In this document: piece after piece, positions 51,291 to 60,179 of the stretch
Layout of the letters: each line of letters opens with the position of its first letter
How positions within the stretch are numbered: the first letter of the stretch is position 1
DNA from: Podarcis filfolensis
Lineage: Eukaryota
Length of the DNA: 64,000 nucleotides
Strand: one strand, 5' to 3'
Assembly (NCBI GenBank): GCA_964270895.1
Contig: OZ185441.1
Position numbers and translations under genes: made by a program
The notes under the pieces: model-generated
Told to the model about the DNA's origin: nothing
Databases searched by the model: none
The model's input: only the letters and a program-made list of their open reading frames with translations

Positions 51291-53505
51291 ATGCATACAT
51301 TCCTCATACACAACAGTCTTCTTTTTCTGAGGCCCTTATGAGATATGCTTAGTTTCCTATGTGTATATGATGAGCATGTACATGAGATGCCCACATCAAC
51401 TGACTTCTCTCAAGATGCAATTCTTCAGGGAACTTAGCTCAGCTAGTATTTCTTTCTTTACTGTAGAAAGCAGTCACACTGTTTTAAATTCTCTTTCTTC
51501 ATTGACAGTATTCCCATTCTCATTCAGTATTCTCATTCACAGTATTTCCAAGTTAAACACAGAATATGATTTGCAAACAAGTTCTAAACAGTGGGTTGTA
51601 TTCAACAGAGCGCTAAACAAAATGTTACATCAACACAAAATAATTTTTCCTTGCACAACACAATGTTCTCCCCCACTCCTCCCCATGTGCCCTCTCAAAT
51701 ATGTTTGCTGGTGGTGAGTTCCTCCAGAGCAGATTTGGGGGTGGTGTGGAGTGCACATAGGGAGAGGAAAAGGGGTGAAATCTCACTGCAAAAGCACAAC
51801 TATTTAGTTGAATGCTACCCCATGGTTTCAACATTAAAAACAAACCTTAGAAAGAACATTACTGCTCTGCTTTGTAAAGGGGTATGGCAGGGTTGAGCCT
51901 TGCACATACAGTAATAAATCTTATGTTATATATATTGAAAGCTAGGAGACGATTCAGATGTTTAGGATAGCAGTTGGGCAGTTCTTGATGCTTCATTTGT
52001 CTTGTTTTTCTGCTAAAAAAATAAAAGTTTTGACAAAACAAAGAACAAGAAATACTGCTTAACACTACATTTGAACCAGGCCATGATATCCCATTTTAAG
52101 CCATGTTCACATTCAAAAAGTCATCCACATTAGACTTAGTCTGTCCATTTTTACTTGGACATAAGTCCCACTGATTTCGAAAGTGGCTTACTTCCAAATA
52201 ATTGGGCATAAGATAGCTGGCTAGCATTTCTAGAGTTGCAAATAAAACTAATAAACATAGAATTAAAATTGAGCCCACAAGTGTGTGCATGTGAACACAT
52301 GAGAGAAAAGTAACAGACGGCCAATTCAGACTAAACTAAAAAAAAATCCAGTTTCAATTATTTTTAATATTCTAGTGGAAGTAAAAAGGCAGTTTTATGA
52401 ATGTCAAAGTCATTAGCACACTACCCAAACTGCATTTGTTAGACCCACTGTTAACTTTAATCTGATAGATAAGTAATTCCACAATAGTTCTTCCTCTAAC
52501 CTGGATACCTAGTTTGATACTGTACATAAACTATCTACACCAGAATGAAATTATTACACATTCTTGTTTTGAGATCTGTATGTTAATTCTATGATCACAC
52601 AGGGTGTAAATTTCGGAGTGATTTGTTCTAGAAATATGAAAAAAAAGTTTGTATGAGAATAAAACACACTGTACATGTCTTTATATGCAGGCAACACTCT
52701 CTCTTTTAAAGTCCTTAAGGTCAACATGGACATTGCTTTCCTCCCCGTTGCAGTACCCCCCAAAAACAACAATTAGCTTTCTACCTTGCCTTCCCAAGGA
52801 AGAAAACACAGTGCCATGTCTTATTTAGTAACAGCTGTACAATCTACTATTCTCATACAGAGGAAGGATAAAAAAAGAAGAAGCCACTATATCGACACTA
52901 CAGTAAATAAGCAACAGAGGGAAATACCAGGATAAGAGGACATGAATTACCAATATGAAAGGCTCTTTTGTCACTGTTATGTGACTCGATGCCAAAACAC
53001 AAAAACAAAGAAAGTAGGGTGGAGCCCAGAGGGCAATATAAATTTCCAAAGGGGAAGAAATCCGAGTGTCGAAATAGTGCTGTAGCTGGGGAGAACCAAG
53101 TGAAAGGATTACTACTGAATACCCTAGAATCAAGCGAAAAGATTACCACTGAATACGCAAGATTCTGTGTCCCCTTGTGCTCTGTGAATAATATTAATGA
53201 TGTCGGGGGGGGCACCTTAATTGGCATTAGCAAGATGCACTCAGGTCGAGGCGCTGGGGCGCAAGAGTGAATGGACCAAAGGACCCGATGGTCAGGGCAC
53301 GTGGAAACGGCAGCGAGGATCTCCTGAGGCGAGGGGATCTGTGGAGACGGCCGGAGGGCTGTCAGGAGCCCCCTGTTCCAGCGGATAGGCAGGGCTCAGG
53401 TTCCCCAAAGGTCCCGGGCAGCAGGCAGGGCGCTGGAGATGGCTTGGGGAGGGGGCGATCGGGAGGGTCTGCGGGGGCCACTCACCTGCGCGGCCTCTTC
53501 GCCAT
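36399..53505 (-). CDS. MYBL1: Myb-related protein A (A-MYB), 16 coding exons, 749 aa
   Basis: Exons (minus strand, in transcript order): 53505-53486, 49712-49607, 49518-49447, 49232-49140, 48472-48252, 46976-46793, 45419-45345, 44482-44381, 42943-42710, 42296-41943, 40466-40321, 40115-40001, 39467-39351, 38846-38742, 38007-37831, 36527-36399 (TGA); 2250 nt, all [32 protein letters not shown], then R1R2R3 Myb repeats ([83 protein letters not shown]), the activation motif [18 protein letters not shown], the conserved [23 protein letters not shown] region, and the end [20 protein letters not shown]. Confidence 0.99.
37566..37632. repeat. Short 21-bp-period minisatellite in MYBL1 intron 15
   Basis: catatttcaataccaatgcat / catatttcagtaccaacgcat / catatttgcatt, starting at 37579, 37600 and 37621. 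Confidence 0.75.
40869..41559 (+). mobile_element. Tc1/mariner Tc2-like non-autonomous element (691 bp), copy A, in MYBL1 intron 10
   Basis: TA|CCGTATTTTTCGCTCTATAGG ... CCTATAGAGCGAAAAATACAG|TA. GC-rich interior made of palindromic modules. The strand label only marks orientation relative to copy B. Confidence 0.9.
43083..43205. mobile_element. Older squamate repeat fragment directly abutting MITE copy B (probably interrupted by it); relatives at about 22260-22335 and 62560-62640
   Basis: ccaaagaatcctgggagctgtagtttg...ggagaccccaattcccctctcagaactactattcccagagttcc; the family was recognised from recurrence in this window and from memory. Confidence 0.55.
43208..43910 (-). mobile_element. Tc1/mariner Tc2-like non-autonomous element (703 bp), copy B, in MYBL1 intron 8; inverted relative to copy A
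   Basis: TA|CCTTATTTTTCGCCCCATAGGACGCAC ... GTGCGTCCTATAGGGCGAAAAATACGA|TA. The reverse complement of its right end aligns with the left end of copy A. Contains 118-bp internal tandem units. Confidence 0.92.
45880..46040 (+). mobile_element. Heavily deleted L2 LINE 3' fragment
   Basis: tttaaagccctaaccaacttgggaccaggatac ([11 protein letters not shown], an L2 ORF2 C-terminal motif) followed by gtaaaccgcctta...ttttatgaaataaata tail. Confidence 0.55.
47979..48000. repeat. (CA)n microsatellite
   Basis: About 10 CA units. Confidence 0.9.
51256..51287. repeat. (CA)n microsatellite
   Basis: About 16 CA units in MYBL1 intron 1. Confidence 0.95.
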
Positions 53506-54200
53506 CCTTGGCGCGCACCATAAGGAAGACGAGAAGAAGGGAGCGCGGCTGTCACCACCGGCCAAGGCGCGCAGCCCCCAGGGGGCGGGGAGGGGGGCGC
53601 GGCTGCCTTTCAGCCCCGGCCGCGCCTCGCCCCCCGCATGGGGGACATGGCCTTACGCCCAGCGAAAGGGATGGCAAGCCGGGCTCCAAGTCCCCCGCCT
53701 GGGGCCTCGCTCGGCTGTCACGGCTCGGAGCTCCTCCGGCAGGGCTGCTTTCCCCCAGGCGCCGCCGCCGCCTCCACCCCCGCTGGCTCCTTTTTCTCCT
53801 TTTTTTTGTCCCTGCCGCCGAATCTCGCGCCCAGCCTCTTTCCAGAGCCGCCGTTTGAATCTGCGCACGCGGACTGCTACGCCATTGGCTGCTCCAGAAA
53901 GCACGCGACCAAGCAAGGGGGCTGGTGCGAGGGAGGAGGGGGAACGGCCAGTAAGGGGAGAAAGGTGGCGGGATATGGAAAGGAGCCGGAGGAGGGGCCG
54001 AGGGCGGGCTAAGGCGCAAGGCATGCTGGGGGAGGGAGTCCTTTCGCCTTCAAGGGCTTGTGAGGGGATAAAACAACCGAAACAAAAACGGCCCGTTTTT
54101 AAGGGCAGTAGCCAAAGGCAGCTCACGGACGGGCAAAATACCCTCTGCGATATGTACTGAGTCAGCCTGTTGTGCCGCTTTCCTTTCCCCACACGTTAAA
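53230..54200 (-). promoter_or_regulatory. CpG island with MYBL1 promoter, 5'UTR and exon 1
   Basis: Abrupt rise in GC and CpG content around the ATG. CCAAT box at 53884-53888, CHR TTTGAA at 53854-53859, E2F-like TCTCGCGCCC at 53823-53832, NRF1-like TGCGCACGCG at 53862-53871, AP-1 TGAGTCA at 54158-54164. Confidence 0.85.
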
Positions 54201-54372
54201 AGTAGCGAGAATCCGTATACAAGACTGGGCACTCGTGAATTCGCCTTTCTAGGGGAGAAAAATCTATATTAATTAACGACAATACAATTGCCTTTTAAAA
54301 CAAACAAACGCGGTATTAAGAAAAGGAATGAATAGCAACACTGCGAAGAGATTTTATACCTGTAAGAGAAGC

Positions 54373-54386
54373 AAAAAAAGAAAAAA
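54373..54386 (-). terminator. RNA polymerase III terminator of the tRNA-Tyr gene
   Basis: The minus strand reads GGCCTTG-TTTTTT-C-TTTTTTT starting a few nt after the tRNA 3' end. Confidence 0.85.
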
Positions 54387-54393
54387 CAAGGCC

Positions 54394-54486
54394 TCCTTCG
54401 AGCCGGAATCGAACCAGCGACCTAAGGATCTCCGTGTGGAACAGCGCCTCTACAGTCCTCCGCTCTACCAGCTGAGCTATCGAAGG
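54394..54486 (-). tRNA. tRNA-Tyr-GTA: tRNA-Tyr (anticodon GTA) with a 20-nt intron (54430-54449)
   Basis: CCTTCGATAGCTCAGCTGGTAGAGCGGAGGACTGTAG[aggcgctgttccacacggag]ATCCTTAGGTCGCTGGTTCGATTCCGGCTCGAAGGA. This is the canonical vertebrate mature sequence with intact A and B boxes and the intron at position 37/38. Confidence 0.98.
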
Positions 54487-55520
54487 GACGTTGAGTTCGC
54501 TGCTTCTGTTTTCTGTATACAAAGTCTCAGTATAACTCCTGGAGGGAAAAACTGCACTGGCTAACGCATTTCCAGCTCTTCATTGGCATTTATCACTATG
54601 TTTATATATTATTAACAGCCGCGTATGTAAACAATTTAAAATTAAGAGGGGGGGGGTAGGCTGGTTCTGACGGCAATAGATATAACCATGCAACTGCCAA
54701 TAGTTCTATAATATCTCTAAAAAGTCATTTCAGTAGTCGACAGTAAATGTGAATTCAGAGGCGGCATTAGGCCACCTGAGCTCAGCCGATGCGTTTTTTG
54801 ATGTACACTCTGCTGCAGTGAGAAGCAAAAAGCAAGCGCCTGTAACATCCACCCCTTCCAATGTTCTATTAGTTTTTGGGGTACTAACTACAAAAATTAT
54901 CTTCCTTCAATTAGCTTTAAAGTACTGTATGTTTCTTTTTCAACTTCAACTTCAATGTCATTTGTGCTAGGTAGCTAGTTCACTTCAAATACAACCAACG
55001 CTAGAAGCACTATATAAATGATTGTATAAATTACAATCAAATAAAGCTGTAAGGGGTAAGCTGGATGGCTTTTTATTTCATTTTATTTTAATTTAATATT
55101 TTTAAAGATAAAAATAATGGATATTCCAAAATAAATTATGCTTACCGAGATAGGAACTGCTACAAAACAGAAAACTTATTAAAAGTAAAATCTGTGACAC
55201 ATCTGTTGTGTTACATAGTGCGCTGCCACTACTCAGAATGTGGCTTTTCGACCATTGGCTTGTGCAAATGCAGGGAGAGAAGGATTTTGAGCAATCCATC
55301 TTTGATGGATGGGATAGCAAGGGATGGGAGCCTCTCATCCACCATGGATCACATTCTGATGTGCTTCAGTTGTGAGAAGCTGCGCTCACTGCTGGCAAGT
55401 GTACCTTGAAGTGCCAGGATAATTAGTAGTGCTACCCAGACATTCAGGAAAACACAAGTGGAGGTGATGTTGGCAAGTCATATGCACAGGATGTGACCTC
55501 GGTACAATGTGGTGCCCTTC

Positions 55521-55685
55521 CATAGCTGTCAACCTTCCCTTTTTTTGCGGGAAATTCCCTTATTCCAGTGCCATTTCCTGATGCTTCCCGCTGCTATCCC
55601 TGATTGTTAGATATCCCGTAGACTGTCCCTGGGACAGGTGAGGCTGCTGATCCCTTATTTTCAAATCTGAAAGTTGACAGCTATG
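55521..55685. mobile_element. hAT MITE (165 bp), CATAGCTGTCAAC family, with a perfect TSD
   Basis: TGCCCTTC|catagctgtcaac ... gttgacagctatg|TGCCCTTC; the 8-bp TSD is diagnostic of hAT. Confidence 0.93.
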
Positions 55686-56116
55686 TGCCCTTCTGGGCCC
55701 ATCATCTGAATCTGAAATCAAATCATGGTAGTTGTTGAAGCAAAGATCCTTCTTCCAGCTGACAACAAGCCATTGTTTTCAGGACTCCCTCTTCCCTGTT
55801 TTCCTCAACTGTTTTCCTGCATAACTCAGGAGCTTCAACATAACTCAGTTCTCCTGTGCCAGTTTTATTGTCCACTGAGGCTGCCATTGTAACCTTTGCT
55901 CCCTCTCCTATATTCCAGAGGCCCTTTCCCTTCCAATCATAGCCTCCACGTCTGCTCTTCCTCTTCCTATCTAGGTATGACTGTATTTTTAGATCTGCTC
56001 TGAACTTCCTATCTCCATGTGTGTGTGCCTGTGCCTCACTGCTTCTCCCTGTTCAGCTGCACAAAGCTGAGGCCTAGTCTGCCAAGTGAGCCCATTTGGA
56101 AAGAATGAGCCAGTGT

Positions 56117-56245
56117 CATGGGTGTAGCCAAGGGGGGATAGGGAGGGGCAGCTGTCCCCAAGTCAATAAAAATCAATAAAAAATACATAGCTGAGGTTCT
56201 GCCCCCCCCCCAAAAAACAAAAGCCTGCTACTAGCTACACCCATG
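56117..56245. mobile_element. hAT MITE (129 bp)
   Basis: TIRs catgggtgtagc ... gctacacccatg; TSD gccagtgt / gctagtgt (7/8). Confidence 0.85.
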
Positions 56246-56389
56246 GCTAGTGTGCCTTCTCACTCTCATGCCCTCTGTGCTTGCTCCTTTCTGAATGTAT
56301 GTTGTGGGTGTATCAGTTTATTTGTGATTTTATTTAGCTAATTTTCTCACACTGCTATACACAATACATATGTACTGTTGCTGACCTGG

Positions 56390-56515
56390 ATTCACAGAAT
56401 TGTAGGGCTGGAAGGGACTCCAATATCGTTTAGTCCATCTCTCTGCAATACAGGAATATGTAGTTGGCCCATATAGGCATTGAACCCATGACCCTGGCAT
56501 CATCAGCACCATGCA
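56390..56515 (-). mobile_element. tRNA-head SINE with a CR1-derived tail, 5'-truncated
   Basis: The minus strand reads gcatggtgctgatgatgccagggtcatGGGTTCAATGCC...attcctgtattgcagagagatggactaaacgat...ggagtcccttccagccctacaattctgtgaa (B-box followed by a CR1 3' end). Confidence 0.8.
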
Positions 56516-57840
56516 ATGGAACTAACAGCTGTTGAAGTGTTAAACGTGTCTATTTTGATTCATGTCAGTGTGCAATAAACAACCCCATTTTTAAGACCTA
56601 TATGAATTTACATTTCTTATTAGATCTGCCATGATGCACTACTGCCACTGTCCAAAGGTTCACAAGAGTTCTGTAACAGGTGTCTACTGAGGAAGCTTGC
56701 TTACAGGATGTTAGAAGTGTTTGAATACTGAATCATTCAAAATGTTTTTCAGTAAGTGTTTGCAGTTTTTTGCAAATACTTGATAACTACCGGTACATTT
56801 TTCTGTTCTAGCAGTATTTCAACTACATTTTTTTAAATCTAGCAATATTTCAATTCCACATTTCCAACAACTGAGTCATGCATTTAGTGGAGGAACTGCA
56901 GCTGTTTAAAGTCTGCTGACTACAGATAAGGCTGTACTATGTTGCTCAATAAGCTGAAAGTTTCTAGTTGAGATCCAAAATATTTTGAATATAGAACAGG
57001 ATGCATTTTGTGAAGTTCTATTCCACTGCCTTTATAAAACAAACAAACGAAACAAAACCCTATTTTGATAGGATAGCTTGCAGTACAATACACATATATG
57101 CCTGCCAGGGAAACAGCTATACAGCCTCAGATGGATATTGTAACTCATGAATTATGGCCATTTCTATTTTTGAACGTTTTATGCAGACTCATGAGTTACA
57201 TGTTCCATAAATAGGATGGAGGAGTTTCCAGTATGGTCAGCTGAGAGGGGCATGAGGATGACAAGATGTTATTTAAACCACTAGCCTATGGAATGGCCTC
57301 AGCAAGTAAGCATGAGGTGGGTAAATATCAACACTCTCAAGCCTTTCAGATGGAATTGGTAGCCAGTTTGTGCTAATGGAGAATCACTGCACTAGTCATA
57401 GAGATTACAGCTAACTCAAGCAAACTACAACTCCCTGTATGTTGCAACATTCAAAGGTGTTCCCTAACAACAATTTGGCCCAGTGAGCCACTGCACCAAG
57501 GGTGCGGCTCCAAGAAGCAGATTCTAGTACCTATAGAAAGGGGAAATTCATCCTGACATTCTGGCAACAGGACCTAACTCATTGTAGGCAGGCAGGGACA
57601 GCCATCAATATGTGCTGCAAGGGGCTGTTGTCTCCTCTCCATTCTTGCCAATGCTGCAAGAACCATTCTGGGCTCCTCACATGGCATTCTACATGCCTTT
57701 CTGTGGCTATGCTTGCCAAACATAGGATTATGTTCACGTTGCAATGAATAAGGCACTGCAGCCCACTCAACCAACTGAATTGGATGCCCAGCTGACATCC
57801 ACAACACACTTCAGCTGCAGCATTGGGCAGAATTCTGTTA

Positions 57841-58082
57841 CAGTGGTACCTCGGGATACATACACTTCAGGTTACATACGCTTCAGGTTACAGACTCCAC
57901 TAACCCAGAAATAATACCTCAGGTTAAGAACTTTGCTTCAGGATGAGAACAGAAATTGTGCTCGAGAAGTGTGGCGGCAGCAGGAGGCCCCATTAGCTAA
58001 AGTGGTGCTTCAGGTTAAGAACAGTTTCAGGTCAAGAATGGACCTCCGGAACGAATTAAGTACGTAACCAGAGGTACCACTG
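57841..58082. mobile_element. Tc1/mariner (Tigger/pogo-like) MITE, 242 bp
   Basis: TA|CAGTGGTACCTC ... GAGGTACCACTG|TA. Reverse-complement relative of 5070-5319, with a small subterminal duplication (cttcaggttaca twice). Confidence 0.92.
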
Positions 58083-60179
58083 TATCTTCAAGGAGACTGA
58101 AGCACAATTCTAAGTGCAGCCATCCACATTCACTTGGAACACATCACCCAAATGCAGCACCACATGACATTTGTAGATTCAACTCCCCAATGATTACACC
58201 CATGCAATTCTAGACAAGCTGTCAGCAGCTTACTGTACTTACTAGCAGCTAAGAGCAGGCTGAGGAAGGGGGGTGGGGGGAGTTTTCCAGGCTTGTAGTC
58301 ATGTGTTCCATATCATGACATTTATGGTTATCTACTTATGTCCCCCAGCAGATTTTGATTATTCTCTGTATTATTATTATTATTATTAAACTAGGTAATC
58401 TTTTAGAATGGTTTTCATTATACATTAGTACTCGACTAGTCCTAAATGAAAATGTTTTGATATATAATTATAGCTAAGCAAAGATTAACAACTCTGAATT
58501 AATGCATTTTCTTCCAAATAAGGATCAGGAAGTGAACCAGGAAGTGACCTATACAGAGAATGAGACAGTTCTATCCAATATATTTTGTATCCTTCTGTTT
58601 CATCCACTCCATTCTATCTCACCTGGTTGGCAGTTCCTTCTGTGGCAGTATGTCATTCTTGCATTGAGCTGTTAGCAGGTGGTTTGGGGGTAGCAGCTGC
58701 CCTGCTTAGGGATTTTCCCTACCAGTTCTTTCCACTGTTATCGTTTGTGCCTGCCTCAAGGTTACCCCTTACGTCTACTGGTTCATCTCACGTAGTTTGA
58801 GTGGTGCGGTTTTGTTTCAGCTACATGTACAGGAAGACTCCAAACAGTGTTGCTATAGATACTTGTAAAACACTTGTCCTTCAAAGAAAGAAAACAAGAC
58901 TATACACCCTTTTCATTAATCTGCTTTTCGCATAGGCACCTAGGCTGTTCTGCACACCCCTTTTAACTCAGGGTGGGAAAACTGTGACATGGAGAGGCCT
59001 TGTGATGGGGTGCTGCTGCTCACCTGATCTACAGTGCTTACTTACTGTTGCTTGCTGTGAAGTAGAGAGGCCAGGAGATGGCAATGTCCATACAGGGGAA
59101 ACATACCTGTTGGAGCACTCCACTGGTGCACTTGCACTTCACTGATTTCACTGATTCCTTGCCCCTTTAGGTTGCACTATCAGCTGCACCACATGCACCC
59201 AGAGAATCAGGTGAACAGTGGCACACCACCATGCCATCTGCTACTGTCAGTGACCCTTCAAGTGTTGGTCTCCAGTGCTCATCAGCTGTAGCCAGCATGG
59301 CCAATGGTTAGGAACGATGGAAACCAGTCCAGCAACTTCTGAAGGGCCACAGGTTCCTCATAGTTTTAGCTCATGAACTAGCCATTCCGCCTTGACCCTT
59401 TGCCCACATCCTGTAATCCAGAAAATCTCCTGGAGGTCTACTTCTCTGAAGTGAAGCAAATTTAAGACTAGCCAGGTATTAATGGATACAGTCTGTAAGT
59501 TCCCCATGCAAATTTCTGGGAGGACAAGAGTACAAACCCGATAAATATTTCGAAGCAAAATCTCCAGTCTCTTTCCCGCCTCTTAATCCAGTAGTCTGAA
59601 AAATAGGTGCCATCAGCCTTATTTACATTTGCTCTTCTGCTTGCAATCCTGGGATATAATCATTAAAACATACTGGCTACACCAACATTTGACCTCTCAT
59701 GTGGTCAATAAAAAATAAAATTAAAATTCCAGAAGTCGCAAGCACTCAAGGTATGGGAAGTGATGAATCGCATCCAACTCTACAGAATTTACTCCCACTA
59801 TAAATTAGGCAGACACTATCCCCAATATGTCCTGGATGCCTGGTTAAAATATTTTAGTCCAGGCCTTTGCACCATTAATGTTGTTTTTTGCAGTTTTAAT
59901 ATCAGATGTGTAATGTAGGTTTTTAATGTTCTGTATGCTTTCATTTTGTTCAGCTGCTTTGGGACCCAGATGGCGACAAGTGAAATATGATTTAAAAAAA
60001 TAAATTCATGGACACAGTTATGGAAGAACAGCTTGCAGTTCCGTTCAGGTGAAAACCTGGGTTGCTGCTCGCGTGTGGCTCACTTCCACTCAGCCATAAC
60101 AGCTAACTCTGACAAAAGACAGAAAAAGCTGGCTTTTGCCCACAGTACTAATAACAATAATGTTGGTATAGAAATTAGG

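Noticed and set aside
53267-54160. 297-aa plus-strand ORF and other overlapping ORFs across the MYBL1 promoter
   Set aside because: Pro/Arg/Gly/Ala-rich low-complexity translations are expected from a stop-poor CpG island. No recognisable domain; antisense to MYBL1 exon 1.
5070-58082. Two Tigger-like MITEs in inverted orientation spanning VXN and MYBL1
   Set aside because: They are 52 kb apart, each has its own TIRs and TSD, and the family is abundant. Not a composite transposon.
59960-59980. gggacccagatggcg, resembling a Sauria SINE head or a CTCF motif
   Set aside because: The match is only about 15 bp and does not continue.
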